A stretch of DNA of 25,465 bases, taken from sequence record DRR723986_833, one strand, 5' to 3'. Of the stretch, positions 16,232 through 25,465 are shown piece after piece. The position numbers were made by a program, and so were the translations under genes. Each line of letters opens with the position of its first letter. Position 1 is the first letter of the stretch. The notes beneath the pieces are model-generated. The model searched no databases. It was not told the DNA's origin and saw nothing but the letters and a program-made list of their open reading frames with translations.

Positions 16232-17554
16232 ATGCCAACGCGCATCCAGTTACTCATCGACGCAGATCCCAATATCATCGCCCACTATCGCCTGTTGTTA
16301 GAGGCAGTAGACCCAAGCCAGCAACGGGTGACCTGCGTTGAGGCGTTGGCACAGGCGAATGCCGTGTTGTTGGCCGACGGCGCGCGCCTTGCGCCCGAAG
16401 CGCTCGACGAGCGTCCCTGTCTGCTGGCGGGCGTGCTGGCTCAGCAAGGGCGGTGGCCGAACTGCGTGGCCTGTATTGACGCTCCGGTATTTGATTCGCT
16501 ACTAGAGGGCTTGGGGCGCCTGGGGTCGATACTCGGCGATGCCCCATCGGACGTTGATCACGGCTTAGTCGCCAGCAGCCCGGCAATGCAGGAGTTGACA
16601 CACCTGCTAGCCCAAGTTGCCGATAAATCGGTAACGGTGCTGATTAACGGCCCCTCCGGCGCGGGTAAAGAATTAGTTGCACAGGCAATACACCGACTTT
16701 CTTCCAGAAGCTCTGGCCCCTTTGTGCCGATTAATTGCGGCGCTATTCCCCGAGAGTTATTAGAATCAGAATTGTTTGGGCATGAGCGCGGCGCGTTCAC
16801 TGGCGCGATTTCTAGCCGCGCCGGTCGCTTTGAGCTGGCTGACGGCGGCACTTTGTTTCTGGATGAGATTGGCGACATGCCGCTGGACATGCAGGTGAAG
16901 ATATTGCGCGCTATTCAGGAGCGCAGTTTTGAGCGTGTTGGTTCCAGCGAGAGCCGCAGCGCCGATGTGCGAATCATCGCCGCGACGCACCGGGATTTGC
17001 CGACAATGATCGACGCGGGGGAATTTCGCGAAGACCTTTACTATCGCTTGAACGTTTTCCCGCTGCAGGTTCCTGCCTTGTCCGAACGTAAAGAGGATAT
17101 TCCCGCCCTGGTGCGTGACATCATTCGTCAGCTTGCCGACGACGGCTTGGGCACCCTGGCGCTAGCGCCGTCAGCAGTCGCTTCTCTGCAGGCTCACTCT
17201 TGGGCGGGCAACGTTCGAGAGTTGGCAAATTTGCTGGAGCGGCTGCTGATTATGTACCCCGACAAAGTGGTGGGGCGCCAGGACTTGCCCGAAGCCTACC
17301 GCGGTGCTGAGGTGGTGTGGCAGCCACCAGCGCGCGTTGAAGTGCGCACGAGCGGGGCGGCAACCGCCGTTGATGAGCTTCCCGTTGAGGGTGTATCACT
17401 CAAGGAAGAGGTGGCTGACTTTGAGCAGCGACGGATTCAACAGGCCCTTCGGGCGGCAGATCATGTTGTGAGCCGGGCGGCGCAGCTGCTCGGCTTGCGG
17501 CGAACCACGTTGATCGAAAAAATGCGTAAGTACGGCATGTCCGCCGACGTTTAA
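16232..17554 (+). CDS. fleQ: Sigma54-dependent enhancer-binding protein, FleQ/FlrA-like
   Basis: Walker A GPSGAGKE, ESELFGHERGAFTGAISSRAGRFELA, LFLDEIGDMPL, FREDLYYRLNVFP and the FleQ-typical HTH LRRTTLIEKMRKYGMS; N-terminal domain is divergent; start codon is uncertain. Confidence 0.72.
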   Translation: MPTRIQLLIDADPNIIAHYRLLLEAVDPSQQRVTCVEALAQANAVLLADGARLAPEALDERPCLLAGVLAQQGRWPNCVACIDAPVFDSLLEGLGRLGSILGDAPSDVDHGLVASSPAMQELTHLLAQVADKSVTVLINGPSGAGKELVAQAIHRLSSRSSGPFVPINCGAIPRELLESELFGHERGAFTGAISSRAGRFELADGGTLFLDEIGDMPLDMQVKILRAIQERSFERVGSSESRSADVRIIAATHRDLPTMIDAGEFREDLYYRLNVFPLQVPALSERKEDIPALVRDIIRQLADDGLGTLALAPSAVASLQAHSWAGNVRELANLLERLLIMYPDKVVGRQDLPEAYRGAEVVWQPPARVEVRTSGAATAVDELPVEGVSLKEEVADFEQRRIQQALRAADHVVSRAAQLLGLRRTTLIEKMRKYGMSADV

Positions 17555-17946
17555 CAGCCGCCGAACAGCTCAATCCAGTTGCCGTCAGGGTCGCATACAA
17601 AGGCGAAGCCAATGTTTTCGGCAAAGCGGGTAACATCGACGGCAATCCCGACATTGGCCTCTTTGAGTTGGGCAATAACGCTGTTCAGGTCGGCGACGCC
17701 AAAGCTGATATAGCGATAGCCGCAGGCAGCGTGGCCACCGCCAGGAATGCATTGCTCGGGCGTTTCGTCACCGTAGTTCACCAGCTTGATGACTGCCGTG
17801 CCCAGTCGGTAGCGGTGCATTGTTCCGCCGGGGAAGTCGAGCTTGCCCTCGAAGGCCAAGCCAAGGGTGTTGCCATAGAAGTGACACATGGTGTCGATGT
17901 TGTGAGTGACGATGCCGACTTCAATTGTTTCGCTAAGTGCTGTCAT
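17551..17946 (-). CDS. VOC/glyoxalase family protein
   Basis: EVGIVT...FYGNTLGL, YISFGVADL and FVCDPDGNWIEL motifs. Confidence 0.85.
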   Translation of the reverse strand: MTALSETIEVGIVTHNIDTMCHFYGNTLGLAFEGKLDFPGGTMHRYRLGTAVIKLVNYGDETPEQCIPGGGHAACGYRYISFGVADLNSVIAQLKEANVGIAVDVTRFAENIGFAFVCDPDGNWIELFGGC

Positions 17947-18038
17947 GTGAGACGCCTCGATCTTTTTCTTTCAGGCTACCAGAGCGCCTGTACAGACGGC
18001 AGGCTTAGCTGGCAAATCTTCATAACAGTTTGAACTGC

Positions 18039-18398
18039 TTAACCACCGGCAAGTTTGACGGTGTAGCCGCGCTCTTCCAATAGGCGCTTCAGGGCTTGGC
18101 GCTGATCCCCTTGGAATTCTAGTTGTCCGTCCTTCACCGCGCCGCCAATACTGAGCTTTTGTTTTAACTCCTTGCCGAGTTTTTTCAGGGCGGTGTCGTC
18201 TAGCGGTATGCCGCTGACAATACTCACGCCCTTGCCTTTGCGGCCTTTGGTTTCTCGACGAATACGCACAATGCCATCGCCGCCGCGGGCGCTGCGTTCA
18301 GCGTCGGCGTTGATATCTTTGCAGCGGCACTGTTGTTGGGCTTCTCCACATTGTGGACACATCCGGCCTTGGTCTGTGGAGTAGACGATACGTGACAT
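18039..18398 (-). CDS. yciH: Translation initiation factor SUI1/YciH
   Basis: VYSTDQG, DGIVRIRRETKGRKGKGV, GGAVKDG, EFQGD and VKLAGG; carries an N-terminal CPQC...CRC motif. Confidence 0.92.
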   Translation of the reverse strand: MSRIVYSTDQGRMCPQCGEAQQQCRCKDINADAERSARGGDGIVRIRRETKGRKGKGVSIVSGIPLDDTALKKLGKELKQKLSIGGAVKDGQLEFQGDQRQALKRLLEERGYTVKLAGG

Positions 18399-18492
18399 AA
18401 AGAGGGTTCACTCGAAAAATTCTGATGCAAAAAAGTATAATAACCAGCGAGGGCGGTATAGTAGCCCACGATTTTTTCAGGAGCCTGCACCG

Positions 18493-18729
18493 ATGTCCAG
18501 TCGCGAAACAGAGCAGCTAGTGGAGCTGCAAACTCAGTTGGCCTATCAGGAAGACTTACTCAATGCGCTTAACGACAGGGTAAGTGAGCAGGACGGCGAA
18601 CTGCGTATCTTGCGACAGCAGCTGCGCCAATTAGCGCAAGCCAGTCGTGTAATGCGTGAAACGATGGAAGAGCAGGGCTTGGCTCAGCCCGGCTTCGCGG
18701 CGGATATGGAGAAGCCGCCGCATTATTAA
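18493..18729 (+). CDS. slyX: SlyX family protein
   Basis: ELQTQLAYQEDLLNALN coiled coil and C-terminal EKPPHY; AGGAG RBS. Confidence 0.92.
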   Translation: MSSRETEQLVELQTQLAYQEDLLNALNDRVSEQDGELRILRQQLRQLAQASRVMRETMEEQGLAQPGFAADMEKPPHY

Positions 18730-18746
18730 CCCAGTGGTAGCGGGCG

Positions 18747-19139
18747 CTAGTCGACGACCGAAACTTCCTCGGCCTGGGGACCCTTTTCGCCCTCGCTGAG
18801 CACAAACTCCACGAGTTGTCCTTCCATTAGGCTGCGGCGGCCTCGGCCTTTGCCACGGATAGAGCGAAAGTGAACGAATACATCGTCACCCCCCTCACGA
18901 GTAATAAAACCATAGCCCTTGCTTACGTTGAACCATTTTACGGTACCGCGCTCGCGCTTGCTGCCTAGGGCGTCAATGATGCTGGGTAGTCGTGGAGAAA
19001 GCAGCATGGCAAATAGTAGCGCTGCAAATACAAGAGCTGCGGGCAGTGCTGCCAGGCTAGCCAGCCCCAATTTGGAGAGAGAAAATACCGTCAGTGCGCT
19101 GAGCGCTGCAGAAATAATAATTCTTAGAATTAACAACAT
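18747..19139 (-). CDS. Membrane-anchored cold-shock-domain protein
   Basis: Two hydrophobic N-terminal segments, then [15 protein letters not shown] (RNP1) and DVFVHF (RNP2); ATG 19139 chosen, TTG 19169 is an alternative. Confidence 0.85.
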   Translation of the reverse strand: MLLILRIIISAALSALTVFSLSKLGLASLAALPAALVFAALLFAMLLSPRLPSIIDALGSKRERGTVKWFNVSKGYGFITREGGDDVFVHFRSIRGKGRGRRSLMEGQLVEFVLSEGEKGPQAEEVSVVD

Positions 19140-19226
19140 AACAATACAGAACCAAAAATAAATAAACAAAACAATGAATTAAGGGCCGGCAATATCGGCC
19201 ACAGCCGGCGGAGTATAGCACCCCAA

Positions 19227-20063
19227 TTACAGTTCGTCGCCGTGCAACGTACTGAGCTTGAAGCGGCGTGACAGCAACCAATCGGTAACGCGGCTGGGCA
19301 ACTTACTGAGTGAATACAGCCGCCGATGCCCGTTAGCAACGCCCACATAGGCGGGGCAGCGTGATTGTTCGCTGGCGTCGAAGATACGCTTGGCAACGTC
19401 GTCGGCATCACTCGCGTTTTGCTGGGACAGGCTTGCTCGCTCGGCTATGGCTTGTTGCAGTGGCTGGTAGGGCCCCTGTGTTTGCTGTGGCGTCAATTCA
19501 GATTCGGCGCGTTCAGCGAATTTCGACCGGATGGCGCCTGCTCTAACCACCATCACTCGAATGCCAAAGGGGGCTAATTCCATGCGCATGGCATCGCTCA
19601 ACGCGTGCAATGCAGCTTTGCTGGCGCAGTAGCTGCCGGCAAAGGGCGTCACCAAACTTGCTGACACGCTGCCGATGTTTACAACCGTGCTCCCGCGCTT
19701 TAATGACTGGCGTGCAGACTGAACAAGCTCAAGCGGCGCGATGCTATTGGTTTGGAATTGCTCGGCGAGTTTTTGTGGGCTGATTTCCAGCATCGGCCCC
19801 ATCAGGCCAAAGCCCGCGTTATTAATTAGTAGATCAATCTGGCCGAACTCCTCGTGCAGCTGAGTGCAAAGCGTTCGAATGTGCTCGGGGTCATTGAGGT
19901 CTAATGCGCGCTTGTGAAGGCGAGGGTGCTCCAGCGTAATCGATTCGGGCCTGCGGGCGGTGGCAACCACGTGGTAGCCGCGATCAAGGCCCTGTTCGGC
20001 AAGTGCTTTTCCCAAGCCGCTTGAGCAGCCGGTAATCAGCGCTAACTTAAATGAATCTGTCAT
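19227..20063 (-). CDS. Short-chain dehydrogenase/reductase (SDR)
   Basis: ITGCSSGLG, LINNAG and catalytic S...YCASK; GGAG RBS. Confidence 0.92.
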   Translation of the reverse strand: MTDSFKLALITGCSSGLGKALAEQGLDRGYHVVATARRPESITLEHPRLHKRALDLNDPEHIRTLCTQLHEEFGQIDLLINNAGFGLMGPMLEISPQKLAEQFQTNSIAPLELVQSARQSLKRGSTVVNIGSVSASLVTPFAGSYCASKAALHALSDAMRMELAPFGIRVMVVRAGAIRSKFAERAESELTPQQTQGPYQPLQQAIAERASLSQQNASDADDVAKRIFDASEQSRCPAYVGVANGHRRLYSLSKLPSRVTDWLLSRRFKLSTLHGDEL

Positions 20064-20217
20064 GGCAACGCTCCATATGCGGGGTGTTTCATCGCGGTAA
20101 ATCGCAGGCCTAAGTTAGTGGAACTACGCATTTTTATGCACCACGCGCTGGGAGATGATGCGCTATATCCATGGGTGTTGGCAACGATGAGCCTTCAGCA
20201 AATCAGGGAGGGATGAT

Positions 20218-22788
20218 ATGCGTGCAAGCACCACTGCGCGTCGGTATGTTGTGCGCCGTTGTGCCTTTCGCTTGGTGTGGTCGGCGCTGTTGGCAACAAG
20301 CCTGGCGGTAGGAAGCGCAAGGGCTGAAATTACTGGATTTATCGAGCGACCCGTCCCGTTTGCTGAGACCTTGGCAGAAGTCGACTATTTACTTGACCAT
20401 GGTGCGGTCGTTCCGCGTTTCTTCGACCTGCTGGAAAACTCCGATCTCGCCGCTTTTCAGGCGCTTCAGCAGCAAATGAGCCGAGCGCAGTCTCCACTGG
20501 CAACACTGCAATCGCTAGGGGGGGAGCAACAAGCCCTGCTATCGCTGCAATCTATTGTGTCCGCCTACTCGGCTTACAAGGTGGGGAATGCCGCCGCCGT
20601 TCCACTCAACGCTGAATTGGATCAGCGCATTGTTATCGATGCGCTCAGCAAGCTGCATGATCAGTTAGTTGCGCAGATCGCAAGGGATGAAAAACGCTGG
20701 CAGAGCGCGCAGCGCAACCGCTTGTTGTTGCTGTTCGCATTGGTGGTGATGGTATCAGCGGCGGTAGTGCTGGCCGTATTGCTGTCGCGGCGTCAGCGCA
20801 CGGTCTCGGCCTTGCAGGCCAGTGTTGAAACGGAGGTGTTGCGCCGCCAGACCCTGATGGCATCCATTCCTGGAGCGGTGTTGATATGCGACGCACAAGG
20901 GATGTTGATTGCCGCCAGCGAAACCGCATCCAAATTACTGGGCTATCGGAATGCGGCATTGATAAAGCGCTCTCTGCGCAGCTTGTTTGCACCGCGATTT
21001 GAACACAAATATGAGTTTCTGATGGAGTCCTCGTCAGACCAGGATGCCAGCTTTAAAGGCATTGAGTTGATGTTGATGAGTCATTCCGGCAGTGAAGTGG
21101 CGGTTGAGTTATACCCCGGTTGGTACACCGATGCAGATGGCAGCCGTCGCCTGTTGTTATTGATTCGCGACATGAGTGATCAGTACTTAATGCACGAACA
21201 ATATCAGCACAGCCAGCAGCGTTTTGATCTGGCGGTTATGGCCTCCCACGATGCCATATGGGATTGGGACTTGCTCGCGAAGGAGGTGTACTTAAGCCCT
21301 GCGTGGCTGAAAATGGTCGGGCTGTCTCGCTGTGACGAGCGCGACGGTTTACGCGTGCTGATGAACAGTATTCCGGAAGCGGATCAGCAACGGCTGAATC
21401 CGGAATTTATCGCGTTTTTGAAGAGTGATGACAAACTGTTCTCTGGGGAGCACAAGATACGTCGCCGGGACGGCTCCGTGCTCGAAGTGAGTTTTCAGGC
21501 GGCCGTGCAACGCGATTCTGAGGGGCGCGTTGTTCGTATGGTGGGTGTTCAATCGGATATCAGCGCGGCGAAGCAGGCAGAGCGGCAGCTGCTTGCTGAC
21601 AAGCATGGGCTTGAAGATCGCTTGCGGTTGCAAAGCATGCAACTCGAAGAAGCGAATCAGCGGGCAGAGCAGGCCAGTAATGCCAAGTCGGCCTTTCTGT
21701 CGGTAATGGGGCATGAGTTCCGCACCCCGATGAATGCTGTGGTGGGTATGACTGACCTGTTGTCAAAGTCGGCCCTGAACCGCGAGCAGCGGTTGATGCT
21801 CGATACCATTCGCCGTTCCTCTCAGAGTCTATTGGCTACCCTCGACAACATTATCGACTACTCACTGCTTGAAACCGGTGACGTGACATTAGAGGAAGAG
21901 AATGTCCAGCTTTGGGATTACCTGGAGGGAGTCGCCTTGGCGGTAGCGCCCATGGTGGCCAGGAATCAGCAGCAGTTTCTATTGCGCATCGATCCGCGGT
22001 TGCCAGAGCAATTGTTTACCGACCCCATTCGCTTGCGGCAATTACTGTTAGTGTTGCTTGAGAATGCGGTTAAGTTTTCTGTTTACAGTACGCCGAGAGG
22101 CATTATTGAGCTGCAAGTGCGTCCCGCCAGCGACGTGGAGCGGCAATACTACGACTGGGCCGAACTTGTCTTTGAGGTTCACGACAACGGTGTGGGGATT
22201 CCCGAGCAGGGCAGTCGCGAGTTATTTCGGCCCTTTGTGCAGGCAGAAAATTCTCGAAACCGTCGTTTTGGTGGGGTGGGCTTGGGGCTGGCTGTCGCCG
22301 AAAAACTCGTGTCTCTCATGCGCGGGCATATCCTGGTGAGTAGTGTGGACGATGCCGGTAGCTGCTTCTCGGTGCTGTTACCCGCGCAACAGCTGGAATT
22401 GAATCATGCGGATGTCGACGCCGCTGGCCTGTCGATTATCGCGCTGGTTAGTGATGAGCGGTTGCGCTTATCGCTGTCGGCGGCACTGAGCCGGCGAGGT
22501 TGGCGTGTTCACTTCGTTACCGATGTGCATGGCCTGCAAAAACACTTGGCCAAGATACCAGACGCCTCGCCGCAGTTGGTAATTAGTGAGCGACGTGAGG
22601 CCTGCCTGGAAGCGTTGGACACCGTCATCTATTTGCGAGAGCGGCCTGAGCGCGAAGAGTCGCTGCCGGCGGCAAGTGAGCGCGTTGTATTAACTAACCC
22701 ACTGTTACCATCGCAACTTTACCGCGCCATTGATGCCGCTATACCGTCGGAGCAGGGCCCAGACACGGCGGCCGGGCTCAGACCTTGA
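20218..22788 (+). CDS. Membrane PAS-PAS sensor histidine kinase with a degenerate C-terminal receiver-like domain
   Basis: N-terminal hydrophobic segment and TM, two PAS-like domains (DAIWDWD), H-box [30 protein letters not shown] and GGVGLGLA. Confidence 0.88.
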   Translation: MRASTTARRYVVRRCAFRLVWSALLATSLAVGSARAEITGFIERPVPFAETLAEVDYLLDHGAVVPRFFDLLENSDLAAFQALQQQMSRAQSPLATLQSLGGEQQALLSLQSIVSAYSAYKVGNAAAVPLNAELDQRIVIDALSKLHDQLVAQIARDEKRWQSAQRNRLLLLFALVVMVSAAVVLAVLLSRRQRTVSALQASVETEVLRRQTLMASIPGAVLICDAQGMLIAASETASKLLGYRNAALIKRSLRSLFAPRFEHKYEFLMESSSDQDASFKGIELMLMSHSGSEVAVELYPGWYTDADGSRRLLLLIRDMSDQYLMHEQYQHSQQRFDLAVMASHDAIWDWDLLAKEVYLSPAWLKMVGLSRCDERDGLRVLMNSIPEADQQRLNPEFIAFLKSDDKLFSGEHKIRRRDGSVLEVSFQAAVQRDSEGRVVRMVGVQSDISAAKQAERQLLADKHGLEDRLRLQSMQLEEANQRAEQASNAKSAFLSVMGHEFRTPMNAVVGMTDLLSKSALNREQRLMLDTIRRSSQSLLATLDNIIDYSLLETGDVTLEEENVQLWDYLEGVALAVAPMVARNQQQFLLRIDPRLPEQLFTDPIRLRQLLLVLLENAVKFSVYSTPRGIIELQVRPASDVERQYYDWAELVFEVHDNGVGIPEQGSRELFRPFVQAENSRNRRFGGVGLGLAVAEKLVSLMRGHILVSSVDDAGSCFSVLLPAQQLELNHADVDAAGLSIIALVSDERLRLSLSAALSRRGWRVHFVTDVHGLQKHLAKIPDASPQLVISERREACLEALDTVIYLRERPEREESLPAASERVVLTNPLLPSQLYRAIDAAIPSEQGPDTAAGLRP

Positions 22789-22987
22789 GCACGTCCTCGG
22801 CTTGCAGCCCTTTGGGGCCTTCTACAAGTTTGAACTCGACATTCTGGCCCTCGTCAAGGGTGCGATAGCCGTCCCCCTGAATGGAGCGAAAGTGGACAAA
22901 TACGTCCTCGCCTTCGTTTCGGGTAATAAAGCCAAACCCTTTGGCGTTATTAAACCATTTCACGGTGCCAGTTACGCGGTCGCTCAT
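22778..22987 (-). CDS. Cold-shock protein (Csp family)
   Basis: 69 aa; [28 protein letters not shown] and GPKGLQA; GAGGA RBS. Confidence 0.95.
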   Translation of the reverse strand: MSDRVTGTVKWFNNAKGFGFITRNEGEDVFVHFRSIQGDGYRTLDEGQNVEFKLVEGPKGLQAEDVLKV

Positions 22988-23185
22988 TGCTTATCCTCTT
23001 TGTCGCAGTCGGGTCGCATAAAGGTGCTTTCGGTCGGGCGGCGAGATAATTGCCACCAGTCCGGGAAAAAGAGATAGGAAGCGGGCAGAGCGGTCTGCTT
23101 CGGGGCGGGGAGCCGGGCTTGCCGGTTGTCAGCGAAACGAGAAAACATCACAGTTGGGTGAATAGCGCTGCCGAGATTGCTGTTT

Positions 23186-23213
23186 ACTATAACGACTCCA
23201 GCGCTGTTGTCCA
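23186..23213 (-). promoter_or_regulatory. Possible sigma70 promoter for the csp gene
   Basis: Minus strand TGGACA-N16-TATAGT, implying a ~190-nt leader. Confidence 0.45.
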
Positions 23214-23246
23214 TGCTTTGACCCATTCATTTGGATCAAAGCATGG
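23211..23246. repeat. Inverted repeat just downstream of valS
   Basis: CCATGCTTTGA (23211-23221) and TCAAAGCATGG (23236-23246) are perfect 11-bp arms; no U-tract follows on the valS strand. Confidence 0.6.
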
Positions 23247-23256
23247 CAATGAGGTG

Positions 23257-25464
23257 TTACAGCGCCTCTATTTCGCCGCGTTGCTCAACGAGTCGCAGGC
23301 GGGCATGCTGCTGGCCTTGCAGCTTTTCTTTTTCCTTCTCGACGACCGCTGCCGGTGCCTTGTCGATAAAACCGGGGTTCCCCAGCTTTCCGCTCAAGCG
23401 CTGGATGTCCTTGTCCAGTTTGGCAATTTCCTTGTCGAGGCGAGCCAGCTCCGCGGCTTTGTCAATGAGGCCTGCCATCGGGACGAGAACCTCCATATCG
23501 CCAACCAGCTGTGTAGCGGCCATTGGCGCTTGCTCGCCGTCGCTCAGGGCGCGAATATCGTCTAGTTTTGCCAGTTTTAGCAGGAACTGCCTATTGGCTG
23601 CCAGGCGTTGGCTATCTTCGTCGCTGGTGTTGCGCAGCAGCACATTGAGCGCTTTCGAGGGGGGCACGTTCATCTCGCCGCGAATGTTGCGTATTGCGGT
23701 GATAACAGCTTTTAACCATTCGGCATCGCTAAGGGCCTGCTCGTCAATGCCTTGGTCATTTGAGCAGGGGTAGGGCTGCAGCATAATGCTGCTATCGCCT
23801 GCATTAATGCCGGCAATTGGGGCCACGCGCTGCCAAATTTCCTCGGTGATGAAGGGCATAAAGGGGTGGGCAAGGCGAAGGGTTGCTTCAAGAACCTGGA
23901 TGAGCGTACGCCGCGTGCCGCGTTTCGCTTCGGCGCTGGCGTTGTCGTCCCAAAGGACTGGCTTGGAGAGTTCCAGGTACCAATCGCAGTACTCGTTCCA
24001 GATAAATTCATAGACCTCTTGAGAGGCGTGATCCAAGCGGTAGGCGGCCATCGCATCGGCCACGCGCCGCTGCGCTTGTTCTAGGCGCGCGCAGATCCAG
24101 CGGTCGGCGAGGCTGAGTTCGACGGGCTCATTGCCCGTGCCGCAATCTTCGCCCTCAGTATTCATCAACACATAGCGGGCAGCGTTCCAGATCTTGTTAC
24201 AGAAATTCCGGTAGCCCTCTAAGCGTTTCATGTCCCAGTTGATGTCGCGGCCGGTCGAGGCCAGCGAGTAGAGGGTAAAACGCAGTGCATCGGTGCCGTG
24301 GGCGCCAATACCCTCGGGAAAGGCTTTACGCGTTGCTTTGCCAATTTTCTCGGCAAGTTGAGGCTGCATCATATTGCCGGTGCGTTTTTGCAACAGGCTG
24401 TCGAGGTCAATGCCGTCGATCATGTCCAAGGGGTCGAGGACATTGCCCTTGGACTTGGACATTTTTTGCCCTTGTTCGTCGCGTATCAAACCAGTGACGT
24501 AAACCGTCTTGAACGGGACTTGGGGGCTGCCGTCTTCGTCTTTCATAAAGTGCATGGTCATCATGATCATGCGAGCGACCCAGAAGAAGATAATGTCGAA
24601 GCCGGTTACCAATACATCGGTGGGGTGGAAGGTTTTCAGGCGCTCGGTCGCCTCCGGCCAACCGAGGGTGCCAAAGGTCCACAGCGCGGAGCTAAACCAG
24701 GTGTCGAGTACGTCTTCATCCTGCTGCAGCGCCAACTCGGGGGGCAAGTCATACTTGCTGCGGGCTTCTTCTTCATTGCGGGCCACATAGATATTGCCCT
24801 CGCTGTCATACCATGCGGGCACGCGATGGCCCCACCACAGCTGGCGAGAAATGCACCAGTCTTGGATGTCTCGCATCCAACTGAAATACATATTTTCATA
24901 CTGCTTGGGTACAAATTGGATGCGGCCGTCTTCTACGGCGGCAATGGCGGGCTCGGCTAATTTTGCAGTCGCCACAAACCACTGGTCGGTGAGCAGGGGC
25001 TCGATCACCAGGCCTGAGCGGTCGCCTCGGGGGACTTTCAGCGCGTGATCGTCGACTTTTTCCAGTAGGCCTGCTGCGTCTAAGTCGGCGACAATGGCCT
25101 TTCGCGCGGCGTATCGGTCCAGCCCTGCATAGGCCTCAGGCAGGCCGGCATCTAATTCATCGTTCGCGCTACTATCGCTGTTGTAGACGTCTGCGCGGCC
25201 GAGGATGGCAGCGTCCTGATCCATAATATTGATCATTGGCAGCTTGTGACGCTGGCCAAGTGCGTAGTCGTTGAAATCGTGCGCGGGGGTGATTTTGACA
25301 CAGCCAGTGCCGAACTCGCGGTCGACATAGTCGTCGGCAACGATGGGTATACGGCGGCCGACCAGCGGTAGCTCGATAAATTTACCGACCAGCGACTGGT
25401 AGCGCTCGTCTGCGGGGTTTACCGCGACGGCGGTGTCGCCGAGCATGGTTTCCGGACGGGTGGT
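23257..25464 (-). CDS. valS: Valyl-tRNA synthetase (5' end outside window)
   Basis: [49 protein letters not shown] and a C-terminal coiled coil. Confidence 0.98.
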   Translation of the reverse strand, partial: TTRPETMLGDTAVAVNPADERYQSLVGKFIELPLVGRRIPIVADDYVDREFGTGCVKITPAHDFNDYALGQRHKLPMINIMDQDAAILGRADVYNSDSSANDELDAGLPEAYAGLDRYAARKAIVADLDAAGLLEKVDDHALKVPRGDRSGLVIEPLLTDQWFVATAKLAEPAIAAVEDGRIQFVPKQYENMYFSWMRDIQDWCISRQLWWGHRVPAWYDSEGNIYVARNEEEARSKYDLPPELALQQDEDVLDTWFSSALWTFGTLGWPEATERLKTFHPTDVLVTGFDIIFFWVARMIMMTMHFMKDEDGSPQVPFKTVYVTGLIRDEQGQKMSKSKGNVLDPLDMIDGIDLDSLLQKRTGNMMQPQLAEKIGKATRKAFPEGIGAHGTDALRFTLYSLASTGRDINWDMKRLEGYRNFCNKIWNAARYVLMNTEGEDCGTGNEPVELSLADRWICARLEQAQRRVADAMAAYRLDHASQEVYEFIWNEYCDWYLELSKPVLWDDNASAEAKRGTRRTLIQVLEATLRLAHPFMPFITEEIWQRVAPIAGINAGDSSIMLQPYPCSNDQGIDEQALSDAEWLKAVITAIRNIRGEMNVPPSKALNVLLRNTSDEDSQRLAANRQFLLKLAKLDDIRALSDGEQAPMAATQLVGDMEVLVPMAGLIDKAAELARLDKEIAKLDKDIQRLSGKLGNPGFIDKAPAAVVEKEKEKLQGQQHARLRLVEQRGEIEAL

Positions 25465-25465
25465 G

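Noticed and set aside
22984-23226. 80-aa ORF overlapping the csp start (ATGA)
   Set aside because: No RBS or motif; it spans the probable promoter and leader, and its end simply encodes the csp RBS.
23050-24960. Long antisense ORFs opposite valS (23050-23565, 23231-23773, 24298-24960), and similarly 9781-10500 opposite pycAB
   Set aside because: These are shadow ORFs expected from GC-rich codon bias, with no recognisable motifs.
1-25465. CRISPR arrays, IS elements, prophage or defence genes, frameshifted pseudogenes
   Set aside because: No regularly spaced repeats, transposase, integrase or broken reading frames were seen by eye; all long ORFs look intact.

Overview
A gene-dense, mostly housekeeping window from a GC-rich gammaproteobacterium; gene content and TonB-receptor style suggest a marine Cellvibrionales/Pseudomonadales-like organism (inference). 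In order it holds: the tail of a probable aromatic/steroid catabolic operon (SRPBCC-like fragment, meta-cleavage-product hydrolase, LysE exporter), rimO with an RsmE-family gene, an L-2-haloacid dehalogenase with a signal-peptide-bearing MhpD-like protein, DUF2244, RluA, a METTL20-like methyltransferase, and pycR-pycAB. It continues with a TonB-dependent receptor plus a START-like gene, tRNA-Arg(CCT), gpt, an orphan FleQ-like regulator, VOC, yciH, slyX, two cold-shock-domain genes flanking an SDR and an orphan PAS histidine kinase, and the 3' part of valS. No integrase, transposase or CRISPR array is visible. The strongest signal the ORF track misses is a ~108-nt non-coding unit at ~11896-12003: a sigma70 promoter overlapped by a near-perfect Fur box, a GC stem with a pure-pyrimidine anti-SD-like loop, and an intrinsic terminator. 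It is a candidate iron-sparing sRNA (RyhB/PrrF analogue). The second is a FleQ-like gene preceded by two FleQ-type boxes whose product appears to lack the c-di-GMP-binding motifs.
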